DNA of 64,000 nucleotides, from NCBI GenBank assembly GCA_965235115.1, contig OZ249436.1:33544001-33608000 (forward strand), given 5' to 3'. A program made the position numbers and the translations under genes. The notes beneath the pieces are model-generated. The model ran no database searches. It saw only the letters and a program-made list of their open reading frames with translations, and had not been told where the DNA came from. Shown here piece by piece: positions 13,640 through 26,116 of the stretch. The stretch comes from Laetmonice hystrix. Lineage: Eukaryota. Every line of letters starts with the position of its first letter. Position 1 is the first letter of the stretch.

Positions 13640-14002
13640 TTAAGACCGGTCATTCGTGGTCACAAGTGTGGCGGACGTTCACCTCGTGCATTTCGGTATC
13701 TAATTTTCCCGTCTCCACTAGCGAACTGTCAGAGGCTTGTTTTCATTGGCCAATATAGACCAAGATTTACCTTTTCTATAGTTCCTCTCAGCCAAACTCT
13801 AGGCCTTTAGGCCTTTTTTCAATAACGGAGTATGAGTACGAGGTAGACGTTTTTTGTATTGGTTTACGAATAGCCTATATTGTAAACATTTTCTTTAATG
13901 AAGGTTCTCCTCTATAGACTACATATTGCCCATTGCAAGGCTGAATACATTTTCTAGTATTAGTTCAGTTGCGTCCTCATTTGTAAGGGTTAAATTGCTT
14001 AC

Positions 14003-14127
14003 CCTTGGAGTGCTTGTGAACATGCATCCGTTAACACAAAGCCGCATGCCCCCAGCACTGCGGCTAGGTATCCGAACACGAGTGTTGTCTTGGAAGTATT
14101 TTCTTTGGAATGTCCTGAGTTCGCCAT
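14003..14127 (-). CDS. SLC35G: SLC35G-like paralog A, first coding exon (MANSGHSKENTSKTTLVFGYLAAVLGACGFVLTDACSQALQG)
   Basis: Encodes the missing TM1. Donor GG|GTAAGC at 14003/14002. 125+988 nt = 371 codons, in frame. Homologous to the paralog B exon at 23597-23706. Confidence 0.82.
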
Positions 14128-14705
14128 CAACCTATATTTAGAAGTCTTTATGTTTATGGATACTTGATCATAAAGTAGACTTGCAAAGGAAGATAGCACT
14201 GCATTTCACAATGCAAATATCCTAATGGTTAGGTATTTATTTGTTTAAAAAATGAAAAGAATAAAATATGCTAACTACCGCTATGCTAACTTTTACGTTG
14301 TATAGAGTCTGCTAAAGTCACATGGCCCAGTTCAGGGGCGGGTCCGTGAACATCCGTATAGTTTGACCAACTGTAGACCTATTACAGCAGACGCAGATTC
14401 AGCACTGCACGAAAGGGGGCGCCCTGGAGCACCGAAGGCGCGAGACGAACATGCGGGGGGTCTGGGGGAATTTAGAAGGCAAAAACCCGGCTATTTCACG
14501 GCATCTGGAGATAAATTATTGTTAAACGAATAAAATGCTATCCAATGCTGACAATTTTCCTATATTTCCCCCAAATACTTTCAACATCTAGCAGAAACGA
14601 TATGATAGGTAATACCTGCCTTTTAGCTGAGAAAAGAGGATAATCTGAACATATTAACATGAATTCGTCAGTCGTATATACCGTAAACCCGTTCTTGCGC
14701 ACTTA

Positions 14706-14812
14706 AGCTGTATCCTCACTGGACGCGTGCGACGCGCTCAATTCATTTCGATTACTTCTTTAAAAAAACGCTCGCGTCGCTCGCGTCGCACGCGTCCAGT
14801 GAGGATACAGCT
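14706..14812. mobile_element. Short MITE (TIR agctgtatcctcactggacgcgtgcgacgcg), TTA-flanked
   Basis: Near-perfect ~30-bp TIRs, with tta at 14703-14705 and 14813-14815. Confidence 0.85.
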
Positions 14813-14815
14813 TTA

Positions 14816-15416
14816 AGCTGTATCCTCACTGGACGCGTGCGACGCGAGCGACGCGCGCGTTTTTTTTTAGAAGTAATGGAAATGAATTGAGCCATCTGCA
14901 CTGGCCGTTTGTGACGCGCGCGTCGCGACACAGATAGGACTGGTTCTATTTTTGTCGCGCTACGCGCGCGACAAAAGACATCTTGACCAATCAGAAGTGA
15001 GATCTACGACCTTGAACTTTGTTCAAGAGCGTCAAGAGACTAATATACACCTATACACGCCTATATAGCCTACTCATTTTTAATTAATTTTAACACTGAC
15101 GGTGTATCTCAGGGAAACCCCGCGCTATTATGTAGGCCTATACCTCTTAGAACTCTCATTCAAGAGCATGAGTTTTAATTCGTAATGCAAACAATTATGA
15201 ATTGTTTTCCTGTGCCCCCTCCCCCTTTAGGCTTTAGTGATATCCTGGACCCGCAATTGATAGAAGCGCATAATGTAAATACCTAGGCCCCTATGTTCCC
15301 AGGCCCGTAGCCTATACGCAGACGTATCACGCGCATCTGGTGAAGATAGAAAAAAGATCGCGTCGCACGCATCGCACGCGTCGCGCGCGTCGCACGCGTC
15401 CAGTGGGGATACAGCT
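14816..15416. mobile_element. Long MITE of the same family, directly abutting the short copy
   Basis: agctgtatcctcactggacgcgtgcgacgcg ... cgcgtcgcacgcgtccagtggggatacagct, in a TTAA context at both ends. Confidence 0.85.
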
Positions 15417-17518
15417 TAAGACGCCATTTGAACTGGGACTAGGAACGGACAAGGGAATTCCCTAGCCTAGTGTCACGTGACGCGCCCCTATCAGTTGAGG
15501 TTCTCAGCCGATACTTTTAATAGCTGTAACGGACAATGACGACCCTATGCTATAGGCCTGTAGTATGGGTAACGACTAAATTGTTCACTCTTATGTCATG
15601 ATCAAATCGGAAATTACCCATGTACAGACCAAACGACCAAAGTCTCACCTGCCTAGTAAAGGTTTTAAGCAAGCCCGGCATTGTCATTGGGTCGCAACTC
15701 CAACAACTCCCGTAAATTGTGCCCAGCGCGCAAATGTATCGCCGATAAAAATTCTACTCTGAGATCTACTAATATCTCGTTTACGTTTTCTGCATTTTTT
15801 TAGCAGAAGTTGTGCGTGGCATGTTGCCCGTTCAACCACTTACAGCAAGTAGCCCTAATGCAGACGAATGTCTACTATTTACATTACATGCACCTGTTGG
15901 GCAATTCTACCCCCTCCCTCCTCTGGGGCTGGGCGTGAGCGGGGGAATGCACAAAATAAGAAGTGCTGACGTCACGGTCGGGTTGGTAAGAGGTCGACTT
16001 TCTGTGCCTCGACGCAAAAGAGTCCCAAGTTACCACTCAAAAGTCTCCGTTATTATGAGTCATTCGCTGGGTATCAGGCCAGTTCTTTTTTAAATAAGTT
16101 CAATATGATATCGTTCGGGTTGGCCAGAACCAATTCGTGATTCTCAAAGTGCCCGCCATTATAATCCTTTAAGTTTCTCAAAGCATCTAAGGCTAGCCTA
16201 CCGATAACATGCGGAGGGGGAGTCTGGGGTCCTCCGCCAGCAAATTTTTTAATTTAGAAGATCAAAAACTGCTATTTCGCGGCATCCGGATAGAAATGGT
16301 GAAGCTTCTCAAACCATTCAAGCGTACCAATGAGGAAAAAAAGGGCACTGGGGGGGGGGGGGGGGGTTAGCACCCTAGGCACCCCCCCCCCCCGTGGATC
16401 CACCACTGCAGTTATCTCTTTATCCACTAGCTGGTATCCAGGTATTGAATAGCGTTAAGCCCTATCTTCATATGTTGTGCAACTGGACCAGATGAGCTTC
16501 CTAAGTGCTTCCTACAAAGTGGGCTACAGCATATATAAGTTTATTGACCAAACAAATAATAGTTCCAGTGTTACTCGCCTTCAACTAGCGCCATCTGAGA
16601 CCTTCACATGCCACCTTGCACGGTCGATTAGAAGACTCTTGTCACACACGTGACCTCTCACCTTCAACGGATCATCGAGAGGAACGGATCGGACTCAGTC
16701 CGGAATCCCACAAATTCCGCAAGGAAATACTAGTACTTAGAATACCAAAATGAAGTAATAATATTAGTGGCAGCGTTCTAGTTAAGGACTCAAAGTATGA
16801 TACAAATGTGTTTTAAGATTGCCGAGTTTAGATTTGTTTCCATTTTGTTGATCTAATTTCCATGTTATTATGCTATTGCCAGGGGAGTGTTCTGGTGAGG
16901 TTTAAGAAGTAAATTTAACGCTATCCTTATAGGAAACGTATATATCTTACCTATAATGGCCAACGTGTACAAAATATCGAAGTAGGCCTCTCGCCGGTTC
17001 TGGAAAGCCGCAGTAATCACAAGCGTTAGGAGGGGCAGGTTACAGATAATTATGCATAGTATGCTCCTTGCTGCCCTCGATAAATGCCTCCCTTAATTGT
17101 GTACAGTTGTCCTGGCAGAAAGTTATGCTCGAGCTCTATGAACATCAGTCTTACCACACTATACTTGCCACACAGTATGGTCAGGTTTTTTTTGTCGCCG
17201 TCTGCCTTACTTTTGGCTGAGGATGGTCAAGCTTCAGTAGCAATGTGGGTCACAATTTGACCAGAGAAACTCAGTTTGCCCCATTCTTAGTTTAAAGGCG
17301 TTAAAGTAGGCCTATAGGCTTGCCGCAAAGCACCCATCTTTACGCCTCGCTTCGTCGGGGAGCCATGTGAAAGATACACTCGGCACACCGTTCGACTGAC
17401 TGGCGTCATGTCTCGGCTGTACGACGAAGGTCGCCACGTTAGGGGGTACTCAATACATGTAGGGAGCCCTGTTCCGGCTAGATATGTCCGAACGGCTACA
17501 TAATTATGTCCGAGAGGA

Positions 17519-17781
17519 GATATGTCCGCAAACATCAGCCAGATGTGTCCGGTGATACGGATATGTCCGCAAAAATCAGCTAGATGTGTCCGGTGATACG
17601 GATATGTCCGCAAACATCAGCCAGATGTGTCCGGTGATACGGATATGTCCGCAAAAATCAGCCAGATGTGTCCGGTGATACGGATATGTCCGCAAACATC
17701 AGCTAGATGTGTCCGGTGATACGGATATGTCCGCAAACATCAGCTAGATGTGTCCGGTGATACGGATATGTCCGCAAACAT
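17519..17781. repeat. 41-bp minisatellite, 6 full copies plus a partial one (gatatgtccgcaaacatcagctagatgtgtccggtgatacg)
   Basis: Units start at 17519, 17560, 17601, 17642, 17683, 17724 and 17765. Only two variable positions, no spacers. Confidence 0.95.
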
Positions 17782-17784
17782 ATG

Positions 17785-18793
17785 AGGGGGGTGAAATCTG
17801 TCCCTCCGTTTCCGGCAACGGAGAGACAAAAATTCAAAGTATCTGAATTCAGAAGATTTAAAGCTAGAATCATCATTCTGTTACACTAATTATGACTAAC
17901 AAAGTTATTTGCAGGCATTAGGTACTGTAGATCGGGAAAACTTTGCGGCAGTGAAATTTCGCGAATGATCTTTTTAAAACAATTCGCAGCATATTATTTT
18001 CGCGAGTCAGTGGGCTTTGAAAAACAATTCAGGCATACTTTCAAAGTTTAGCAATGGAATAACACATCTTCACCGATGCCACGCTGATGTGTTAGTCCAT
18101 GGGTCCAATAAAAGAATCAATTAGAATTATATATTTGACTTCTTATTTTGAGGAATGATATTTGGACACTCTTTTGGTCACTTTTTCACACTATTTTCAA
18201 CTTTCACCAGTTGAAAACTTCCTTGCAATACTTGTGCAGCAGTTGCCATGGATACACCACAGCTGTTGAAAATAATGTGAAAAGGTGGTCCACAGGTTCA
18301 AAAATAAATTTCTGTAAAGCTATGGATAGAAACACCTGATACATGATGTACAATGGCTGCCTAAATGGACAACTACAATCCCGTCCCTCCGTTACCGTTT
18401 GCAAATGTCCCTCCGTTACCATGACCACCTTTATTCAAAGCCCGCTGTAAAATGTCTGAGGGGTCCTATTGGCTTGAAAATTTCTACATTCATAGTTGAA
18501 TGATAATACCACCATATAAAACAGACACATAATCCTTATCATCCCAGGAACCGGGGATTATGTGTGTCATGTAAAAAAAAAAGATGTTAATTTTGCGTCC
18601 CTCCGTTACCGGGCTGTTTTTGGTGAATCTTACTCTCACAAAGGTGTATTACCCCAAACCTTTGACTTAAGTTTGTTGTCCAGGGTGAATTATATCTAAA
18701 ATCAGTCGTTTTCTAACTTAGTTTTACTTAGATTATGAGTGATAAGATGAAATACAGCAAAAGTGTCCCTGCGTTACCGCTTGGCCTTACCCT
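17785..18793. mobile_element. Truncated/nested DNA transposon remnants with repeated gtccctccgttacc subterminal motif
   Basis: Motif near 17800, 18383, 18407, 18597 and 18765. Terminal-like ggccttaccctg|ta. Pogo-like tactgtagatcggg fragment near 17923. Confidence 0.5.
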
Positions 18794-18918
18794 GTAGTGG
18801 TTGCTCGAGTATAAGGCCAGTCAGTACATGTGCGGAGCCCTCACTGTAGTGTTTGCTCGAGTGTAAGGCCAGCCAATACATGTAGGGGGCCCTCACTGTA
18901 GTGTTTGCTCGAGTGTAA
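18792..18918. repeat. 52-bp tandem repeat, about 2.4 copies
   Basis: ctgtagtgtttgctcgagtgtaaggccagccaatacatgtagggggccctca units start at 18792, 18844 and 18896. Confidence 0.85.
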
Positions 18919-20830
18919 CAGGTAACACACTACAGGTTAATGCTAAGGTGTCCCCTGAAGGACACTGGATAAAGGGCTAACCGTGTCGGCATGAGATAAT
19001 CCTTGTGTCATCAATTACTGTCTTTGGATTTTCGTTATGTTCTGTATAGACAAGAATCTGTGCAAGACTATGGAATGATAAATACAGTACATGTATTACC
19101 ATGGAAAACACTGCTATTAGCATGGAATACACATTCGATATGATATAAAATACATTCGCCCTTTGAAACCTAGATGTATATTTCAGTTAATCACAGATCC
19201 AAAGGATTTAGATTGGATCAAGTAGCAGAATGACATCAGGCGCAGACCCCGGTGTTGCCTCTGGGGACGTGCCCCCTAAACTTCCAACAAAACAGGCTTT
19301 CCTTTTGGGCCATGCATGGGATCACTCAGTTTATACCTCCCGGATCCGCATCTGTAGGCCTACAGAGTGTTAGATATAGGATATAACAATGGGCGAAGCT
19401 GCTATTCTCAAAATGATGTAAAATCATTTACTTATTATCCCATGGGAAATGGGATTCTGAAATTGTACGAATCCGTGTACAGTATTATGTTAGACAATGG
19501 TCATATCTCAGTCAGTTTTAAAGATATATTGATGAAATTTGGACAGAAGGTGCAACATTGAGATGCCGAAACTTCCACATCAAGCAATACGTCAAGTAAT
19601 GTCACCTTAGGGTTTTATAACGTGTTAAACACGTCAAACTGGGTATCGATTAACAAGCTCTTGAGATAAAGCAAGTTAATCTAGGGTAACAATTTTGATG
19701 GAAACTATAGGTCCTTAACAGATCTTCATAGAAATTTTAACTCTGACCTTTGACCTTCCATAACACAGGGTCATGCCTCCAAAATTTGCATAAATGTAAA
19801 AATTGAAGTAAATGTTATAGAAGTTCGGTCTAACTTCACCGATAGGTTTTCAATAGAGTGTTTCAGAAGGTGTATTAGAGATTTAGTGATTTGATGTTTT
19901 TTGACGGAGTTATATGTGCTGACCGTAATTAAAATATTTGACCCCGAGTTCGGGCTAAGTTCCATATATGGTATGACAAGTCGGACGTATGCTTCTAAAG
20001 TTTTATTATTTTAAAATACTTGTCGATATCGACAAGGTGCCCAAATGATTTAAAAACATTCAGGGCATTCTTTCAAATCGATTTATTTGTAAATTTTGGA
20101 CTATATAACGTCGAGATTGGCCCCTAACAGTATGAATCAACCTATCAGCAGAATCCTAAATCGGGTCCCTACTACTTCCTTTCCCCGTGGTGGCTTTAAG
20201 CCTACCGTTTTTTTTACTTGACAGAGAGGACATCTGTTAATAAAGGGACATCAGTTCTCCGCGCTTAATGCGCTTTCGCCATGACGAGGTCAAACCACTC
20301 GAGGAATCGGAATCAATACTGTATTAAAGAAAGCCATAGATGTGTAGCTTACAAAGTTCAAATTCCCCCCCGCTCTTGAGAAATAACTATGAATTATAAT
20401 GGACGTCAATATTCAGATACAGTTTTACCAGAATGGATGATGGAAACGTTTTTATTCGCGAAACCATGCGTGTTCAAACAAGGCAGAATGACTTAATTAA
20501 TGACCGCCTAATTATTCAAGGTTGTACTCGATGTATAGATGAATGAAAAGATGAACGCCCCAGTCCAGTTCAAAGTATTTATTTACCGGCAATAAATAAA
20601 TTAAAAAAACTGCTTTATATTAATTTGCGGTGGGTAGTGTATCACTGTCGCAGAAAATTTCCTGTTGTTCTTTGGCCTGAGGTGAAGTGTGGCTCTCTAG
20701 GTTCATCACGTTCTTTAATACAAATAATGAATTAGATTAGTTTTCTTCAGATTTCTGCCTTCAGTTACCCATCAGCAATCGATCTTTATCTGGTTGCTTC
20801 GATTATTTCTGATATTGTGTGATACTATTA

Positions 20831-21461
20831 AACCCCAGTCACATCTAGTCGTACGAATTTTGGATCGCACGATAGGCAGGGGTAATCGGGGATCGTGAGG
20901 TGTCGGGGGCCTGTCGTGGAATCGCTCTGCGATTATGAGATAGCGGTCACACACTAAAGATTAGTTTGCGACCATATTGTCATCTGTTGCACGAATGCTC
21001 ATAGGATTTCTCGCAGGAATGATCCAGACAAAGCGTGCGATTACCAAAGATTACCTACGATTGTCAAGGAACAATCGTACGAATGGTCAGGTTTACTCGT
21101 GCGATAGTCGTGGGAATAACTGTGCAATAGCAACTAGTCGCAGGACAAGTTGTGCGATGGTCTTGTGATGACTGTGCGACTGTCACTAGCCACGATAAGG
21201 CACGACCACCCCCGACCATCGCAGGACGATCGCACGACTATATAAGAACGTAAAAAATCGTAGACATGTTCAAAATCGTAGACTGGATTTTGAACATGTT
21301 CAAAATCCACGCTACGACAAATTTCACCTCCCGACCTCCCACGATCACTCATGACGTGTCGCACGATTTTTTTAAGATATACGGCGATTTATTGCGTTTG
21401 CTCATCGTAGGTACTCATAAACCCGTCGTAACCCCTCGTATCCCCTAGTGTGACTGGGCCT
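20831..21461. mobile_element. PIF/Harbinger-like MITE with TTA target-site duplication
   Basis: tta|aaccccagtcaca ... tgtgactgggcct|tta (13-bp TIR, 2 mismatches), with internal tcgt/acga-rich arms. Confidence 0.8.
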
Positions 21462-22365
21462 TTAGTCAGCCAACTCTGCGGAAATTTTAGACATCCGTAC
21501 GCAGTCCAATGTGACTACCAAGACGACACCGATAACGACAGTGATGTAACCTGAAATCTCCAGCCACGAAAATTCGCTTGGCAATAAGCCCACAGTGCCA
21601 AGGTTTTGTAGGATGAAGGCCAGCACGATTGTTAGGGACAGAAGAACAGCTGTCGTCAACGGCGTCGTCATTGCTATAGCGTAAAACGTACCTACAACTG
21701 CAACTAAATTCCACAAAGACATCCCCAACAGGAGTAAGTACTCTGTGTTGGTGGATGGCCATACAGGCTCTTCAAAGTAAAACATCAACACTGTAGACAG
21801 TGGAAAAGAAAACACTGTAAGAAAACTAAGCTGAACAATAGGTTCGACATTGGCCAGTGGGCCTGAAACGGCAACGGTTTCAATACCGTCGAGGATGCCA
21901 GCTGTAACGACAAACGCCAGGCCAGCAATGTGTCCTCTGGAGGAGCCCACCAGGGAAGCTAATGTCCCTTCTTTTCTTGATTCTTTTGCCACATTCTGGG
22001 CGGATGGATTCTTATCCGACAATGTATAAAGATCGGACAGAACAAGAAAAACAATGCCCATTAGGACCGTTAACAATGCAGCTACCTTCCCTAGTCCGAT
22101 GCGTTCATTTATCCAAAAACGAGCCAAGATGGCCACGGCGATAATGTGAATGCCCTCAGACAGGGACGAACCTATATCGATCGGCAGTAAGACGGATTCA
22201 ACGTAGTAGAATATGTGTATCATGTTTGTAATGAGAAGACACACCGGGGCCCAGGGCCAGACTGAGGGGTCATACTGCAGATTGGTGCGTCTCACAGCCA
22301 GGACAACCAGGAGGACAAGGTGTGTACTACATCGGATGGCGTTCGTCTGAAAAACTGGGAACTTC
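21462..22365 (-). CDS. SLC35G: EamA/DMT-fold transporter, SLC35G-like paralog B, last (major) coding exon
   Basis: The frame continues upstream of the called GTG as KFPVFQTNAIRCSTHLVLL, matching paralog A KLPVFQVNAIRCSTHHVLL. Acceptor CTTTTCATTTCAG|G at 22366/22365. Shares FWINERIG, MFYFEEPVWPST and SWLEISGY with paralog A. Confidence 0.85.
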
Positions 22366-23596
22366 CTGAAATGAAAAGCGGAGAAAGACTAGAAAATCTC
22401 ACACTATTACACAATACTCGTATAAGCAAGTCAATACAAAATGACGGGGTTCTGCATTGTCAGAGCCAAAGTGCGAATGGGTTTTTGATTGAGTGGGCTT
22501 TTAGGGGAGATAGGTTGGGGTCGCTATTCAAAATGTTCATGAGTACTGAAAGGGAGGTGAAGGGAGTTTCTCTCAATAACTGAGTCGACTGGATTCATCA
22601 GATTTATGATAACTTCCTCACCGTTGACGTATACTTATGGCTCTGAATGCTCATTGATTGATAATTGATAAGCATCCTCAAAACTAAAGCAGGAGTGGAG
22701 TAAAGGACAATGAACACCGCCATACCGGTACCTAGCCATCATCCCATGTACACAATGTATAGGGATTTGGGCATAATAATTCTCAGAAAAAGGACCGTGG
22801 AGTCATACGATTATCGCTCATTCGAACACTACAACCTACCGTCTTGAATTTCTAATTTCCTGTCCTGAGAGGGTTATGTGGAAGGTCTCTGTTCGTTAAG
22901 ATCGGGCATAGTATTGATTATGGTAGTTAGACTTTAGACGATGATTAACTAAAAATGCGAAAATGACTGTCCGATAAAAGGTAGGACTAACAAGAACGAG
23001 TCGACAACTCCCACTATCAATGAATTATTTTCATCCTTCAAAAACGGTTAAAAAATGGGACTAGAGTGCGTTTGTGTATAAAGTTCTATAAGTCAAGAGG
23101 TAGAATCTACCTTCAAATCCCAACTAAGGCTCTACCCACTTTAGCCACGGGATTGATATTAATTTTATGCACAGATGAAAGTAGTTTTCTTTACGGCACA
23201 TGTAAACAATCGTCGATGTCGTGTGTCGCCTGTTAGGTAAATCAGTAGACCCTATGTCTCGTGTCTATTTTTATAGCAATTCTGGATGTCGCATGTCGAA
23301 TTTTTTTAAAGCCATTTGGGAGCTGTGTCTGTCAAGTAGACCGTGTTGCAATGTCGCCCTTGATTTTAAGGCTGTGTTGATCGTGTCAAATTTTACCCAT
23401 GTAGGCCTACTCCTCTGTTTGACGTTGATTCTTACGTTATGGCATCATATTTTTCACACATGGCAGAGCTTTCTTATTTCGAAATAATCTCTGGGATAGG
23501 TTAATCGGGGACAGGAATCTACAAGGACTGCGGAAGCGCGGGGGGGGGGGGGGGCAGAACCCTTACAAGATTTCCAATAGATTAATCGAGTTTTAC

Positions 23597-23706
23597 CCTC
23601 CGAGGGCCTGGTAACACGCCTCGCCCAGCACGCAGCCAACTGCCCCCAGTACTGCCGCCACATAGCCAAAGATGAGTTCCGACGTCGCAGTATGGTAGTT
23701 TGCCAT
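23597..23706 (-). CDS. SLC35G: SLC35G-like paralog B, first coding exon (MANYHTATSELIFGYVAAVLGAVGCVLGEACYQALGG)
   Basis: Not in the ORF track; read by hand. ATG at 23706, donor GG|GTAAAA at 23597/23596, phase 2. 110+904 nt = 338 codons. A strong acceptor (TTTTTTTTTATAG|G) 5 nt before the ATG implies a further upstream exon. Confidence 0.82.
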
Positions 23707-25340
23707 TGATCCTATAAAAAAAACAAATTGCACCTGTCGCTACGGGCTTCTAGTTACAAAAGATCGCAGATGTTACCGTCAATATAACGGACTTCTTATC
23801 AAGTTTGTTGATTCAACGTTGAGACGAATGGATATCAATGTCCCGTATCTACAGATATACGTCTACCTGTTCGGTTTACATAATACCAGTACATTTACAT
23901 GTATTTTCTCTCTTGAAATGACAACCTACCCTGTTTTAGGGATGTCCACGTTTGGTTCTGATAAGGTGTAGGTAACTCTTGATAACCATGTGTCCACTTA
24001 AAATAATGAATTAATGTATGAAGAAATAGGATTCTGGCGACTCGTTTGGTCTCCTGCGTATTGTATGTGCGTGTACACCCGGCTGGGATACAAACAGAAG
24101 CGCCAAACGAGAGCGGCGGCGTCAACTCCTTTGCCGAAAGTTCGGTTGTCCTCCAATCAAACTCCTTGCTACAGTCCAACTCACTCCAGCAGCGGGCGGA
24201 AATTTATACGCTAGTGTACATCCGCAAGTGATTTGTCCAAAATATAACCATTACACAAAAGTGGCAAATTACAATTGAAAAAGTATCAAATTAATATTAT
24301 ATGTAACGATACAGCAATTACAAATCAATAGTTGCGTCAGTGTTACAAATATGTGGTAATATGCCTAACTTGAAACTCAAAGACGACTCACGCACGACGG
24401 TGCGTGAACGGCTTCCCGTCTTCTCGCTGGCGCTCAGACGCATCGAAAGAGAATCCCCAGCATCTCCCACAAAGCCTGTATACATGCTAGCGATCACTCG
24501 GAACGACCGACGCTGCTTCTGATTGGCTGTTTCTAGGTCATATCCGTGGCGAAGTTCCCGAAAGAAAAGTAAACCGGAAATGGCTCGGTCGTTCCGATTG
24601 GCTAGCGATATAACACGAGCGGGCTGGCGTGACATTTAACAGGTCAGGTGTTAAGTGTTTAGTAGCCCCATCTACTGGTTTTCTTTTGTACTAATGCTGT
24701 ATTTGCTGTCCCGTTTACCAACGTTGGTGTGTGTAATTTTACGGTCTCGCTTGCACGGAGAACGGCCCTGTATGCGCGGGTCTGAGTCGGTGTATTAAAA
24801 CAACCGTATTTCATGACTTTGCAATGAATCATTATCAAACTTGCCATACACAAAGGGTAATATATTCTACAGCTATGAGAATAGATTTTAACGACAGACA
24901 GGCTTTTTTCGGTCAGAGAAAACATCGCAGCGCCATTCGACCTAATAATTCTTCGTGCGGTACCGCACGAACCAATCAGATTACAGCACTGCCTGAGGCG
25001 CCATTTATAAAAATTAGCTTGCATTTCTGGTTTAATAGCCAATAGAAACATCCTGAGTAAAGTTATTGTTGCCGAAGCAATATGGCAAAGCCAGCGATGG
25101 CATTAAATTCTGACAGTGGGAGGAACAACCTTGAGTTGACAGGGCTGCAAGTCCACACACTATACTATAGCCATATCCCGACCCTTAACCTTAACCGACG
25201 GGCACGGCAGAGACCGAGACCGACAGCAAGCGCCGGCGACACCGGGCCAAGCAGGCCGGCGTTCAGAGAAACCTAGCTCATGGCGAAAACACCTATAACG
25301 CCATACTGACGTGACTTCACTATAACATCATACGTCTGAA

Positions 25341-25653
25341 CAGGGGCGGATCGGGATCCGTTAGGGGGGGGGGTCAACGTGTTTAGGGGTAACACAGACG
25401 TGACGAGCACAAAATAAACTATTCAATGACCAATGTGACCAAGGGCAAAAGGGCCTCCTCAAGTCCAACAACATCTTTGGTTATAGGCTTAAATCATGCC
25501 GAGCGTAGCGAGGCAAAATTTATTTTTAGGTGGTTTTTATCTTGCGACTAAAAGAAAAAAAACTTCTAAATTATAATGTTAAGTTAAAATGTGTGTATCT
25601 GCAAAATTTTAGGGGGGGGGGTCGAACCCCCTGAACCCCCTGGATCCGCCAGT
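25341..25653. mobile_element. hAT-like non-autonomous element (CAGGGGCGGATC...GGATCCGCCAGTG); related fragments near 6075, 14333, 16200-16408, 19237-19354 and 32440
   Basis: CAG(G/T)GGCG termini and G/C-run subterminal regions recur through the window. Confidence 0.65.
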
Positions 25654-26116
25654 GCCGTCATGTGACGTTACGTCATACGTCACGTATATCGTCGCGTGAC
25701 GTGTGACGTCACATAACATAACACTGAAATATAATTTCACATACTATGACATTACATCATATAAGATGGTAAATGATGTAAATGATATTAATATAATATA
25801 CTATATAACATGTATAAATAGTATATACTAATAATATACAATAACAACCGATAATACATTGTAGAGATATGGAGATATATTGGCCAAAATTACATAGGTA
25901 TAAATTATAGTCCTGCCTTATTGGTTGGAGATAACAAGGCCCACAATGTCCTAGACCACGAGTTCCCTCACACACACACCCTATGCCCCCGCAAGTAACC
26001 CACCCTTAGCCAACCCCTGATCATATGACCCCACCCCAGTGAACGTGGCCAAAGACACCGAGACGGAACATTCCCCGTATCAACAGGAAGGTATGGAGGA
26101 GTCGGGGCGGAGGTGG

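Noticed and set aside
16584..16602. CTCF-like motif (AGATGGCGCTA on the minus strand) between the two transporter genes
   Set aside because: Only the 3' half matches the consensus; a single short motif is not significant without ChIP data.
17519..17781. CRISPR-like array
   Set aside because: The units are contiguous with no unique spacers, there are no cas genes, and the context is eukaryotic; it is a minisatellite.
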